Shown: positions 36,871 through 50,341 of the stretch, piece by piece
Layout of the letters: each line of letters starts with the position of its first letter
How positions within the stretch are numbered: the first letter of the stretch is position 1
From: Lama guanicoe
Lineage: Eukaryota
Length of the DNA stretch: 64,000 nucleotides
Direction of reading: 5' to 3'
Assembly: GCA_013239625.1 (NCBI GenBank)
Contig: MU053754.1
Coordinates: forward strand, 555,379 to 619,378
Notes under the pieces: generated by a model
The model's input: only the letters and a program-made list of their open reading frames with translations
Database searches by the model: none
What the model was told of the DNA's origin: nothing
Program-made: the position numbers and the translations under genes

Positions 36871-39800
36871 TCCACTAAGTCCAACAATGTATTCATTCAT
36901 TCTTGCAACTCTTTTTCAAATAGTGCCTTTCTTAGATTTTTTTCTCTTACTATGTAGTCTGCACTTGTCTTTTCTGCATATTATGATGGTCCGCCCTGCA
37001 AGATTAATGCATTGACTCTCTTCAAATTCCATCAGCCTTTCTTGTCTTAAGGTGGGTGCGTAACTAATTTACGTTCCAGCCAGATTCTCCTGGAGCAGTA
37101 GGAGCCCACAGTCCTGCCACCCTCAGAGCGGTCTCATGACCTCATGATTCGGTTTCAGCCTCTCATGAAGGTCCCAAGACTAGAAGGAGTCATGTGCTGG
37201 TTCTCACCTTGCCGTATTCTGCTTTCTCCTGTCTTTTTGCCCCCAGACCACTTGAGCCACAGGGTTGTTGCTGCCCAGGGGAAACCTGCGTTCTCTGCAC
37301 TCACACACTCACCACAGCCGTGCTGGCCTAGGGTTCTGGTCACTGTCACTCAGCTGTGACCTTGGCGGTGGCTGCCTGCTGCTCCCTTAGCAAATCCGTG
37401 CTGGCTCATGGCAGCCACACACCCCAGCCTCCTCCGTGTACCCAGAGTGTTTCTGCAGCCCCAGCAGCATTCATTCCCGCTCTCCTGCTCACCTCCTCGT
37501 TCTGTCAGGATCAGGTCCCTGGCTTGTTTCCCTCAGTTTCCGCACCCCTCCTTCCCTTTCCACCCCAGACTTAAGGCTAAGGGGCTTAGGGGAGGTGGGT
37601 GGGTCTGGTTACTGGTCATCAAAGTGCTACTGACGCGTCTGTATTTCTGGTTCTAAACTGGAGGTGTTTTTTTTCCCCCTCCAGGGGGTGCATGCTGATA
37701 GCATTAAGTGGCTTGAGGCCACGGGGATGCTGGTAAACGCTTCCCCACAGCCAGAAATTACCCCAGCTGTTAATATCAGAAACTCTGTCCAATATAAATG
37801 GTATTGTCTTGAGATAATTTTACATTTATAGTTCTTTCCATATTTCCCAAAGCCTTTCAAAAATTGATTTTCTTAACTGATGCTTTCAGGATTCAAATTG
37901 TTCGAGACTTAATTCAACCTTCTCTATCTCATTGTTTATTTTCTTTTCTCTGATGATCACCATTCGCCCTCAGATTCAAGTTGGGGAAAGTGTGGTAAAG
38001 TTTCCTAGTTTACTTTGAGTCTCTGACCATTAAGACGGAGGCCTGAGCCTACTTACAGTCAACTTCGGTTGTAGAAACAGCTCTCACATTGACACTGGCT
38101 GTGTTTATTCTGTTTAGTTGTTTTGGAATGTGTAAATAGTATGCAGTTGATAGATGTCATAGCACTGTTTTCTTTCACTTTTTTTGAAAAATACAACTGG
38201 AAGTTGGTGTTTTCAGCTTTCCGTAGTCTCCAGTTGGTGGACAGTTGAGCTTCCTCATGGTGCATGAAGAGCTGTCCTCTGAGGCAGGAGTAGCTGCATC
38301 CAAGCTTGGTCGGAACGGAAGTCTCAGAGTGGAGTGTTCCCAAGGCCGCGCCGGCGCTCTCTGTGTGCAGATGGCTTGACCATAAATGCGCTTTATGACT
38401 TCGTTTGTTAATTTAAGAGGACGGTGTCACTTTATTGTTTCCCACTTAATTGTAAAGACCTTGTATGCTTTGGGGCAGTATTTTACCCATGGACTGTTTT
38501 CCAAAATGATCACATGGTCGTTGCTAATTATAGGAACTCAACGAACCTTAAAAAAATAAACCCAGACACCTGGATTTGAGGGAAGAAAAGCTGATGAGAA
38601 ATTGATCCACATTTAGATCTTAGCACAGTTGTCAGAATCCATGGGTCTGGGCTAATTTATATAGCACACCATTCCAGAACGGCAGTTTCCTGTTTTTCTG
38701 GCTTCCCACGGTGCCCAGTTAATAATTTGTAACTTACCCTCAGACAGCGGAGCTCCTTGCCTAAACTATTAGCTTCAGGAGCTTTGTGTCCTATTCTTGC
38801 TTTAACAGATGCCATGAATTGGTCTTGAAGATGCAAAGAAATCTAGAATTCCTCCCTTCAGACATTGAGAACAATAATCAGTATAAAGTGTTTGTTGGTT
38901 GCATCTGACTTTGCCGATTTTGAGCAACTCAACAAGTCTCCTGCAAAGATCCTGGCCGGTATGGGAAGATGTTTGGGATTCCTATCATAGAATATGAAAG
39001 AGCAAGATGCCAGTCAACTCTTAGTTCTTCCTAACACATAAATACTACCTTGCATTTGTGTACATAGTTTTACAGTTTATTTCATATGCTGCATCATCTT
39101 GTTACACTCCTCCAAACAACCACAGTGTATTACAATTTTAGTTTGGAACTTGGGTAACAGGCAGGGTAACGTGGGCGCAGATTAAAGTAAATAGGAGGTG
39201 GCCTTGCAGGTCCTAGAACCATGTTCTACGATGCCAGGTCCAGTGCACTTTTGTGTCTGAATCTTGCCAAACATATAGGGCACACTTAGTAACTATTTTT
39301 TTTTTTGAATGAATGAATGTTTGTGCTTGAAGCAGAAAACATTGCGTTTTTGTTGTTCTTTTAATAATAGTGGTTTTTATTTATGACTTACACAAGTAGG
39401 CAGGAAATATTAAACTAGGTTTCCTGAAAACAAATTTAAATCTCAGTTCTGTTTTAACAAGATTGTAACTACAGGAAATTCTCTTAACTTCTTTGGGATA
39501 CGCTGTCCTTATTTTTGGAAGAGCAGTCTGGGGGAGGGAATTTGGTGGATACTGTGTAGAATCATTTTCTTATATAGGTATCTAGGGCTTTACTTCTAAC
39601 TGAGCAGAACGGAGGTTTAATTCAAACGTTTCCTGTAAAGTTATTGAAAGGTAATGCAATTTTTAATTGGGTTTGTAAAACTTGTTCTTGTTTACAATAA
39701 CTTAAGAATTTACTTAAATATATCACACGGCTATGCAACAGTTCTTGTTAATAAAATTAGAAATAGTTCTTTTTTATCTAAAGCTCCCAGCATTAACAGT

Positions 39801-40059
39801 ATTCAGTTAAAGGTCTGCCCTGGGATATGTATTATGTCAGATAATATGACAAATCTCTAGGCAATACCTGTTTGTGTATTTTTGGTGGTTCCATTCAATT
39901 GAGTTTGCATTTAAAGTGCAACATACTCACTTAGGTCCTACTGAGGGATTTGATTATGGAAGACCAAATGTAGGCTTGATCATTTAACTTGCGGTTATTC
40001 AAAATTCTGTTTACGTTATCCTTCAAACTTCCCCAGAGTGCCTAGTGGGCCAGGGCCTG

Positions 40060-41000
40060 GGCCTGCTCAAGGCTCTCAGTGGATGTGCCCTCTGAGCTCC
40101 AGCAAAGAATGGAGAGGTGGCTTCCGTGAGACTGTTGAGAAGGTGCTTAGGAACAGCTTCCCAGTGGAAATATTTGAACTACGTCTTAACAGGTGATATT
40201 TGAACTGGAAAAGCGTAGTCCGGGCAGTGAGGGAAAAAAGTAATTTTGGTACAGGTAGCAATAGGAGCTATGGCTTGGACCCATGACCCAGTTGTGACTC
40301 TGGGCAAATGGAAGTCATCAGTTTGTCACATGCATCAGTGAGTAAGGGGCAAGAGAGGGCTGGGACGGGCAACAGAGGGCCGTGGATGTCATGCTTTGTC
40401 AACCTTATCAAGTTGACCCTGGGGAGCCATTAGAGAGTTTAGGTCGGGCAGCTCCAGGGTCGGGGTTGTGTGTTGGAGACCCCCTCTGTTGGCGATGTGG
40501 ATAAACTTAGTGTGTGAGGGGAGAGAGGATATTCAGGACTCTAGTGCCACCATCCGGGAAGGAGATTTTGAGAACCAGAGCTAACAAGCAGCAGTAGGAT
40601 TAGCACAAAGAGATGCTGAACGTGCATGTTAAGGAAAGTAAAAGTGAGGCTTTAGAAAAAGGAGAGAGATGTCCAGGACTCTGAGTTGAGTGGCTTGGAG
40701 AAGGGGGAAAAGGACAGCAGTCACGTGGGAGAAAGTAATCTTAGTTTAGGGATGTGCCCGCTTGGGGCTCGCAGGACATTTCTTTGGATAAATCTAGATG
40801 GTAGCTGAATACCCAAGACAAGAGCTTAGATAAATCTGCTGGATGGTTGAATTCCTGGGCTGGACAGGACATGGAGACTTACGCCTCTCAAACACACTGA
40901 TGGAGCCTCAGTAGTGAGAATTCAGAAGGCACCAGGGACAGACAGAGTCTTGGAGTGGTGGGGACATTATTGGGAGAGCACACAATGGAAACTGGATTTA
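40060..41000 (-). mobile_element. L2 LINE fragment
   Basis: Purine-rich degenerate stretch with L2-antisense motifs (ggggagccattagagagtttaggtcggg). Confidence 0.4.
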
Positions 41001-42496
41001 ATGTTCAGAACCTGCGTTGCGTTTTGTTAGGATGGGGTGAGAAGGGCTCTCAGGTTGTCAGGGAAAATCCTGTGGGATGACAGTTTCTGGGACCACAGGT
41101 TCTGCTAAGTCAGTGCACCTGTACGGTGGGGTCGGAGATGGTGGCAAGGTCGAGAGGGGCATGGAGAGAAAGTGGGCATTGAATCCAGACCTGCTTTGAG
41201 TTTACACTTGGGATCCAGAACTGGGTTGTGCTTGCCGTTAGCCACCAGGTCATCACTTTGTGTCCGTGTCTCTGTCCTGGTAGCATCTTAACTCCTGAGG
41301 ATGGAAGGACCAGCCTTATCCCAGTCCTGAATCCTGACTCTTAGTGTACCCAGTCATGCCCGAGTATCTGCTGCTCGCTGTCGTGAAGCCAGGCTCTGTC
41401 CTCTCCGGTGGTCATCAGTTAGACCACCAGGAGACACCCCCATGTTACATCATTTCCACTACGTAGCCTTCTCGCTGTATAAACATTGTATTTGCCAAAT
41501 GCTGGTTAATGTGGGGCTGACCCCAGAGCTGATGGTTGGATGGATTATTTATGGTCCTATCTGAAAATAAGAGTAAGAACCAGATTCACTGCTGTATTGG
41601 TAAATCAAGTACTTTTGCGCCCTTAATATGTGTAGAGAAGAGTGCTGGACGCTGTGGAAGATTCAAAACTTGATCACACATGAGCCCCACTTTAAAGAAG
41701 CTTACAGGTCAGAACCAGTCGGTTAGGAGTGCTTCTAGAACTTAACAAGACCCACATTGTTCCTCTTTAAAAATTTTTTTTTAATTTATTTTTAAATTAA
41801 AAATATTTAAATTCATCCTTTGTTTAAACTTGTAACAGTAGCTATGGGCTTCAAGTAGCCGTTATTAGAAAACCCTGGAAATAAAAGGGGATATGTGTAC
41901 ACTTGCTTTGAGATAGTGACTTCCACTTTTTAAAGTGACGTGGTGAAGGTCGGTAAATAGTTACACAAGTGCTGCTACAAAGTGAAGAGAAGTCTATCTT
42001 TATTCTGAATTTTATCATCACAGAGTCGAAAGTCTGACTGAAAGAGCAGAGAGCATCTGTGTAGCATTGAAATATACTTTTCAGTAGTTCCGAAGATCAT
42101 TGACCTGCAGCCTGGGGTCTGGAATTTGTTCACTGTTGATGGACATTTGTGAGAACGTTTGCTTCAGAAAACGTTCACTTAAGTTTTTAAGACGTTTACT
42201 ATAGGAGGTTGAGTTGACTACTAATTTTATCACTTTTGAGAGAGAGGCCGTTTTGGTGCCTCACTGATCTGGTTAAACTCAGTATAGGCAAAACATGTCT
42301 TTAGGTAAAAATATGTCCTCAATAAAATTAAGTAAGTTTAAAAAGTAACTGACAAATGAAATGCAGAATCTCACGTTTTCATGTTAAGTCCCAGTAACAA
42401 ATGAGGGAAATGATGTAAAAAAAAAAAAGGAGTTTTCTGGCCAGTGGTAAAGCCAGAACTACAGCAAACCACTTCTCCACTGATTGAGTGAGTGGT

Positions 42497-42526
42497 CCAT
42501 CCATCCATCCATCCATCCATCTATCC
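42497..42526. repeat. (CCAT)n microsatellite
   Basis: Six perfect CCAT units followed by a degenerate one. Confidence 0.9.
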
Positions 42527-44554
42527 TTTCTTTCTTTAATTAATTAAAATTTTCAGTCAAGAGAGGGTGTATTGGTTACAGCAAAGTGCCAGGGATTGTG
42601 TTAGGTTTGGAAAATGGAAAGAAAAGCTGGACGTGCTCTTTTTAGATCCCTTGTTGGAAAGGTGGTCCGTCAGAGGTGTTTCTGTAGATCGTAAATGCTT
42701 CCTCAGGAGAGCCTTTGACTCACCATGTAATTCCACAAAGAGGCATTTACTAAATCTTCCTGAAGCGTGGGGACTGCAAGGGTTAATCCCCTCATTTGCT
42801 GCGGGGGAGGGGGGGAAGGGAACTGGAAAAGGCATCAAAGGAGCCTTGGTACGCCCCAGGCTGAGGACCCTCAGTGCGGGGCAGAGCCTGAGAAGCATCT
42901 GGCTGGCGAAGCTGGAGCCCCTAAGAACCTGCTGGGATGATGTGGGCGCAATCCCGGCCGACAAGGGGGCACCCACGGGGACCCAGGCTCCAGGCTCCAG
43001 AGCAGGCCCCGCACGTGACAGCAGGGATGAGGTCAGTGGTGTCAGTTCTCAGACTGGCATTTAGGAAACACTGCTTCCTCATTCTGTCAGGTATTTGCAA
43101 GGCTGCCTGGGGTGAGTTTACAGACATATTCACACTGTGATTTTGGAAACTCTTGTGACTGCTTTCTCAAGTGTTATTTCAAGAAAACATTTCTTCTTAA
43201 TTTTTTTGTTTTTGACTGAGAATTGATATAACAGTCATGACTTCCTCACATCTACCAGCCTTTCTGTGCCCAGAAAGATTTTTGCCTGCATCATCAAGTT
43301 AAATCGTCACAAAAGATTAAAGGTGTGCCACTGATTTTATTCTAAAGAGATGTAGTTCCAATATAAGGACATTGTAAAAGGGAAAAGAATCCAAAAATGC
43401 CTGAGGGAAGGGAAGCACATTTGAATGAGTAAAGCCTTGAAGATGAGTGCTCAGAAGGACGGGGATGAGTTTGGTGTGTCAGTTCCCTGTCTTTGCCGAA
43501 AACAATCTCCGTCTCTGTCTCAGAGACACACCCTGTAATGGTTTCACAATGTCTTGGGTTGTCAGCCTGTAATCCTGGGGCATCACTTCTAAAGCCAGCA
43601 ATGCTACTGGCTGCTTTCCTGGCTTGTAACCTCCCCTATCCTGTTCTCGGGTGCCAGCCCGACTACCTTGAATAGCACCCAGTAGGCTTAATGCTATCTG
43701 ATGCCGGTAACAGGTGGGAAGACCCTCCGTGAGGGCTTACAGGGAACACACAAACATTTGCTCAGTTGGAGGAGTGTCTATTTAAGTCGTTTCGAGGGAA
43801 ATTAACTTTGGAACGTTCGAACTGTTCAATGCTGACATTCCTTACCTCAGCATTATGAAAATAAAAGTTACGGTGTGTTTAATATGGTGCCTTTTAGTCA
43901 GGTGTTTAGTGTTGCATTTGGCTTCATGAAGTTTGGAATTTTTATGATTGTCGTTACAGTGGGCAATTTCAAGGGAATCATTTTATGGCATATATTTTAC
44001 TTCTTACTCATAGCTTGGCTTCTAAGTCTATAACGTCCAGTTATCTTTAACTTTGTGAATTAAGTTCAAATATTTTCAAAACCCTCTTTGTGTTCTAATT
44101 GTTCTTGGCTTCAATAGGTTACGGCAGAGCCAAGTAGAATAGAAAAGTGAGTCTTAAATAAAAATTAGAAAATATTGGATTGGCCAAATGCTTTCTCCTT
44201 CGTTTAGTCGGGAAAGACTTGTTGTTTTGCCGAAATTGGAAACAAAATTCCATTGTCTTTTACGACATCTCTTCTTTTACCTGGTTAAAGTTCAGCATTG
44301 TTTCTGTGCGTTAGAAGAGAGGGAAATGTTTACATTATGAAAGTAGAGTTACTTATTCCAGTGTTCACATTTTCAGAGAGTGACAGCAACACATTACAGC
44401 ATTATGCAAGTAGGAAAGTCTTGGATTCTCCTGGCCCCTTAAGTTAGGGTGCTCATTTTGCACAGTCTGAAGTGGGAGGGTGGCTGGAAGCGGGAAAGAG
44501 AACAGCACAAAAGTTTAAAGTTTAATCTTTGGAAATCTACATGGTCAGAGTAAA

Positions 44555-45220
44555 GATTACAGAATGTTATATTTGGAAAGGACTTAATTGTTCCAATCCA
44601 ACCATCTACCCATTTCAGAGACCCTCGTTAGAGAAGGATGTGCTCACTACCTTCTGAGACAAGCCTTCCAGCCCTGAACAGATTGGAAGTTTCTGTTTGC
44701 CCCAGAACAGAAGTGCTCTCTGAAATGCCGCCGCCTTAGCTCTTGGGCCGTCCTTACCCGCGACACTGAATAGTTAGTTCTCAACGTTTTCTAAATGAAA
44801 CAACTTCTGTTCTTTGCGGATTGTCACTGTGTCTCCACTCGAGGTTTTTGTTTCACTTTTGCAACCCTCTTTTCCAGGGGAGGGCTTCCCCTACTCCAGC
44901 TGTTAGGCTCACCCTTTAGAACATCTGTCCAAATTGTTAATACCCGTGTCAAATGGCTTAAACTGAGAACAGCACCCTCGGGATATTCTACAGAGGAGGA
45001 ATGGACTGGAGCTATTATTTATTTTTCTCACGTTCGTAGTTTCCTTAATGAAGTCAGAATTCCATTAGCCTTTGAGACAGTAATTACACTGTTGATTTAT
45101 ATTGAACTCATAGTGAAGTAACTTTTTAAAGTAACTTTATATACTGCTCTCCCACATGTAGTATTTGTGGATTTTTAAAAATCATACATTCAAGGCTTTC
45201 TATATTTCCCCATTCTGTTA
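44555..45220 (-). mobile_element. L3/CR1-like ancient LINE fragment
   Basis: acagaatgttatatttggaaaggactta..gctcactaccttctgagacaagccttcca..tggaagtttc resembles antisense L3. Confidence 0.45.
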
Positions 45221-45874
45221 AACTAATATCTGTGAGTAAAGTAATATTTGAGAAAATCAAGTTAAAAATATATAGAATATATTATGGGGTTGCAAAATGG
45301 AGGGTAGGGTGGTTTTTTTTCCCCTTTTTGTTGTTATTTTTGAGTTTCTATTCATGTTGAAAGAATATTTGTGACTTTGCACTTAAAAAGAAAAAAAAAG
45401 TTGATCTTAAGAGCTTGTTCCAAATGGTTGAAATTAGATTCTCTTCCTTTTCTAACTCACTGATTTTTTTTTTCTCCCCAAATCACGTCCTTTGGAGCAC
45501 TCATATCATTTTGGTCACCAGGTGACCAAAAATGCTGAGAAAGGACCAAGTTGAGGAATGAATCTGTGACCCACCGGGTTCCATTTCTGCACAAGTCAGC
45601 ATCAGCTCTAACTTTGGCCTGTTCATCAGCCATCCTTTTTTGGAGTCAGTTAAATATCAATTAAAGAAAATCACAGTATTTCGTAAGCATGAGTTCAAGG
45701 ATTAACACTGCTCAGGAACACATTTTTAACTATCCATAAAATAATTACTTTGAAAAATAGATGATCTCTTAAAATGTTTAAACTCAAAAACCATAACAAA
45801 ATAATTTCAGCCTACCTCCTCTGGGTTTAAAAAAGAAAAATCAGACCTCTGCCAAGATTGCAGAGAGGAGGGAA

Positions 45875-46200
45875 ATTCGGTTGGCAAGGGTGAGGAGAAA
45901 AGGGAGCCCCCCTACACTGCTGGTGGGAACGTAGACTGGTACAGCCACTGTGGAGAACCGGATGGAAGCTCCTCAGAAAGTTAGAAACAGAGCCACCGAA
46001 CAATCCAGAAATCCCACTTCTGGGCATTTACTGAAAGGACTCGGACTCAGGATTCCGGGGAGGTAACTGCGTCCTGGCGTTCATGGCAGCATTATTCACA
46101 GTAGCCAGATGTGAACACAGCCTAGGGGGCGATGAGCTAGTCAATGAGGTTTGCCGTAAGCTGTGCAGTGTGCGGTCGCTCATTCCGCAGCAGTGGGCAT
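45875..46200 (+). mobile_element. L1 ORF2 3' region remnant, GC-enriched
   Basis: ttggcaagggtgaggagaaaaggga..tacactgctggtgggaacgtagactggtacagccactgtgga..atcccacttctgggcattta..gcagcattattcacagtagcca. Confidence 0.8.
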
Positions 46201-46339
46201 GAAGGCGGGAGGTGAAAAGAGGGCAGTCGCGGAGGATGGGCAGGAGAGCTGTCTTCCCCGAGTCCGCGACCTGTCGCGTGAGTCCATTCCTAACCCTCAA
46301 CGTCCCCAGAGACATCCGCTTCGCTGGTGTGCTGTTGCT

Positions 46340-46830
46340 GCTGTGTTTCCTACTGTTACTGTAACAAATTATCACAAACTTAGCAGTTAAATCAGCTCAA
46401 GTTTGTTATCTGACCGATCCTGAGATCAGAAGTCCAACATGGGTCTTACAGGCCAAAATCAGTGTGTCCACAGGGCTGCTTCCTTCTGGAGTCTCCAGAG
46501 GTGAACCTGCTTTCATTTAAAAAAAAATTTTTTTTAATTAAAAAATTTTTAAATTTTTAATGGAGGGAATGGGGGTTGAACCCAGGACCTGCTGTCTCCT
46601 AAGCCTGTGCTCCACCACTGAGCTACACCTGCCCACTGGTGAACCTGTTTTCTTGTCTTCACCAGCTTCTAGAGGCTACCTGCACTCCTCGGCTTGTGGT
46701 CACTCTGACCCATGGTTCCTGCCCTACAGGCCCCCTCTGACTGACCTTCCTGTCTCCCTCTTACAAAGCCCCTTGTGATTATAGTGGGCCCACCTGGGTA
46801 ACCTTAGGTGATCTCCTTGTCTCAGGATTG
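46340..46830 (-). mobile_element. MLT1C/D-like LTR interrupted by a SINE
   Basis: tgtaacaaattatcacaaacttagcag..cagaagtcca..cagggctgcttccttctggag..ccagcttctagaggctacctgc..ccttgtgatta..gggcccacctgg. Confidence 0.8.
46515..46637 (-). mobile_element. Camelid tRNA-derived SINE (Vic-1-like)
   Basis: gggggttgaacccaggacct..ctaagcctgtgctccaccactgagcta; 15-bp TSD ggtgaacctg(c/t)tttc (46500-46514 / 46638-46652). Confidence 0.85.
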
Positions 46831-47625
46831 CACGAGCCTCTCCCGGGGGCTGTAGGATCCCACGGAATTACAGAATCAGACTGGCTTCTCTCTGATCACA
46901 GTCTCCATGTTGCCTGTTCTATTTCTTTTCTTGCTCATCTTCATTCAGATCAAGTCCTGTGAACTTGCCTGAGTTTCCTCCTTTCCTTTTCTCCCTTTTG
47001 CTACAGGCTGAACACAGGCATCTCCATTACCTGGTGTATTTTGTCTTTCAGAGCATTCATCTCTGCTGTCTATTTTCCATTTGTATGCTTGCACTTTTCC
47101 AGCAACCACAATTTCCAGTCTTCATGGGACTTCATGGGACTAATTCCGTCCCTAAGCAAACCCAAAACCTTTGTTCTCAGTCACCTCCTAGGACAACTAG
47201 TCATTGTCATTTCTGTTTCCTCCTCCTTTTTATCCGATTTCCAGAGTAATGAGAAGTGAAGTTCTTCTCTCTGTCTCTCTGTCTCTGTCTCCAAGGATCT
47301 GACCTTTGTGCTGTCTACAGAATGCTCCACCCTCCCTTGGCTTTATTACTTTCTTGTTTTCTTATTTACTAATTAAGGTTTGTGTCTGTTGATCATTGTG
47401 GATCTTGTTGGGGAAACAACAGACACACACAAACACATATACACACACATATGCAGATTGATAACACATTAAATCATTCTCTCCTTAACTCTCAGAACTT
47501 GAAGTCATACATTCTATGCAAAACCATAGCTAAGAAAGTCTTTATTCTTCTCTTTCCAGGATCTGTGCTGTTATATCTCTTTGTCTTCTGAAAGAGATCT
47601 CCCTCTTTTCAAATGCATGTGTTAC

Positions 47626-47817
47626 GTTTTTTTTTCAATTGAAATACAGTCAGTTGTAATGTGTCAACTTCTGGTGTCCAGCACAGTGTCCCAGTCATGC
47701 ATATACATACATATATTCATTTTCATATTCTCTTTCAGTAAAGATCATTACAAGATATTGAACATAGTTTCCTGTACAGAAAGATGTTAGTCACTATATG
47801 TAAGAATAGATTTTTTT
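47626..47817 (-). mobile_element. Truncated L1 3' end with TSD
   Basis: Poly-T plus L1 3' UTR; TSD aaa(t/a)gcatgtgttac (47611-47625 / 47818-47832). Confidence 0.85.
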
Positions 47818-47849
47818 AAAAGCATGTGTTACCTTCTTTAAAGCAACTT

Positions 47850-48290
47850 CCTGTTTGAGTGCTCGTCCCCCGAGACAAAGATTCCCATGCATTAGTTTGC
47901 TTAGGGGGGTGGTCCAGAGGAACAGTGGGTGGTGGGGGCCTGGGGGCTGAGACAAGGGAAGGAGGCCAGCAATGAGGGTGCTTGCTGTGACTCGGGGCAC
48001 CCAGTGGGTGACTGCAGCTTCATTCCCCTGGGGATTCTGGAAGGGAGAATGGAAGATACTGCAGGATTATCCGCACCGAGGGCAAAGGAAGGTGGAGCAT
48101 TTTACACAGATGTAACCCTATCGGTCCCTGGTCGGAGCTGCTCTGGGGTGTGTGAATCCCTCAGCAGGTCCAGGCAGGTAAAGTGGGCTCTGACAGGGAG
48201 CGCGAGCCCTCGGGCAGGGAAGTTCAGGTAGTAGTATGCGGCCCTCCAGGTAAAGGTGAGGAGGAAGGTGGCTGGGTGCTCGCAGCATCT
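47850..48290 (-). mobile_element. ERVL LTR16/LTR33-like LTR
   Basis: gagacaagggaaggaggccagcaatgagggtg..cagtgggtgactgcagcttcattcccctgggga resembles antisense LTR16C. Confidence 0.4.
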
Positions 48291-49204
48291 CGTCCTCTCC
48301 CTTGGGTAAGACTGTTTCCACATGTAACACCCTTTTGAAATAGGTTTACTTTAGACATCAGGACTTGTCTCTTCTATGAGTCCCAAAGACATTTCTGGAG
48401 TATTCTGTGGCTTGGGGTTGTGAATAGGTTTCCAGAGAAGTTTCTGGAAACTTCTTTGACTTGGGGTGTGAATCTTGTGTTCGGACGTGTATTTTTCTAA
48501 AAATCTGGGTATTTTAATGTGTGAGTAAGGAAGTAGGTATTGGAGTTCCAGGTCCTGGATGGTGAGCACGTTCCTTCTTCTCTCCTTGCTTCCCAACTTT
48601 GTGTCCATTCTCTTTTCCACCCACCACCTGGGCACATGCAGTCCCTCTTGCAGACCCGAAAGTCGCCTCTCCTTCTCTGTGTCTTCCTGAGTCTGTGCCT
48701 CTCTGCCCCTTGCCCTCCTTTCTATCTCAGTGTCCCTTCTTCATGACGTATGTGCTTGGACACCTCCTGTGATTAGTGGACGTGAGAGTCTGTGGAACGT
48801 GGGTCCAGGGGGCTGAGTCATTGCAAGATAGTGAGGGGGAGGACCCTGACGACGGGATGTGATGTGTGGGACAGTGGCCTCCCTGACAGCTGGTCAGAAT
48901 CAGCAGGTGAGCAGCCTGGTCGTAAGACCGGGACTCTGCTGGGAGTGAGTCCGCCGCTCCCCTGGACTCAGCTAGTCGTGAACCTCTGCTTCCCTACCAC
49001 GCCCAGCACAAGCTCGGACACTGTGTGCCTTCAGGGGTTAGCAGGTGCCTGTGCACCCTCCCCGGAATCTGGTCCTGCTGCCCTCCCTCCCCATTGCTTT
49101 TGCCTTACCGTTCACAGTCTCACCCATCCGCTGAACTCAGATGTCAGTCCTTGTGACTCCGTTAGAGTTGTTTGCAGGAGCTTCTGCATAACACAATTTA
49201 AATC

Positions 49205-49350
49205 TTTTCTTTATAAGATGCATATATATATATAGTATTTATAAACATTTTGTGTTTATGTTTATATATTTATATGTCTGTATGTAAATATATAAATATT
49301 TATGTTTATGTATTTTATGTAATTATTATAAATTATACGCATATATGTAA
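49205..49350. repeat. AT-rich low-complexity (TA/TATG) tract
   Basis: Read directly. Confidence 0.8.
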
Positions 49351-50341
49351 CTGAATAAAAGAATGCTGAGTACACTCAATATGAATCAACAGAGTTGAAC
49401 AGATTGTTGAAAAAGGAAGGAGCTATGATGGTCTCTTTCACGTCTGCCCTGATGGCTCCATTATCACCACACATACAAAGCTTTATGGAAAAACTGGGGG
49501 GGACATTACAGTAAATATAGCAAATGTATATGAGCTAGGTAGTATATAAATTGTCCTTCCCTACCCAAATTCTTGTTACCTGAATTCTTACTCTCCAAAT
49601 TCATGAAGAGAATGGATTCAGACAATTTTTGAGAAAAGGTTATTTGGAGAAAACTTGCAAAGCTATTTTCCCTTGGATTCCCTTGGGTAAATAACACACT
49701 GACCATCTGAACCCAGGACCAGAGCTGATTTGGAAGGAAGAAAGCCTCCCTTTCACCATCCTTTAGAGACGTACTTTGGACAAAAGCAATCATTTCAGAA
49801 TATGACTTTGAAACTGTCAGAGTTCATCAAGGTCATCAGCACGCAGACAGTTTACCGGGTAATACTGAGGTGAACTGATGGCCTGGGTGCAAAGTGGTAG
49901 AGCTCAGCGTCTTCAGGTCTGTGCTGCACCCGGGAAGGGTTTGGTTCAGTCCGTGTAACTTTGGCACCAAAGGCCCCGTATCTGTTATGTAAACCAGGCA
50001 GCAGAGTCCCACACAGTAAAAGGCGTTTCTGAGATTGAAGGATCTTGCAAAGTGTTACTCTTCATTTTTATGAACACGAGCAGGGGAGATTCTGCCAGGC
50101 AGTGTTTCAGGTAGAGAATTCAGCATATGATGGGTGTTAGTTTTGGCCCAAGGTTCGATAGGTCATCAAAAGTCTCTTGTAGGTGTTCTCGCCTTCTTTG
50201 GTTTATTTTCAAATCTCTCTATGATTTTTGGTGAGTAGTGAAGTGTGTTAATTAGTTGATAACCATCACAGTCAAGAGGACCTCTACCTTAAAAGTGTCC
50301 ATTGGATACCAGTGACACTTCAGGATAAAGTTGTGGTGGTT

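Noticed and set aside
44172..44200. Mariner-like terminal repeat (atattggattggccaaa)
   Set aside because: No matching second terminal repeat or transposase remnant seen.
46516..46560. AT-rich palindromes (also near 41766 and 56021)
   Set aside because: Adjacent A and T runs in retroposon tails or low-complexity sequence; no sign of function.
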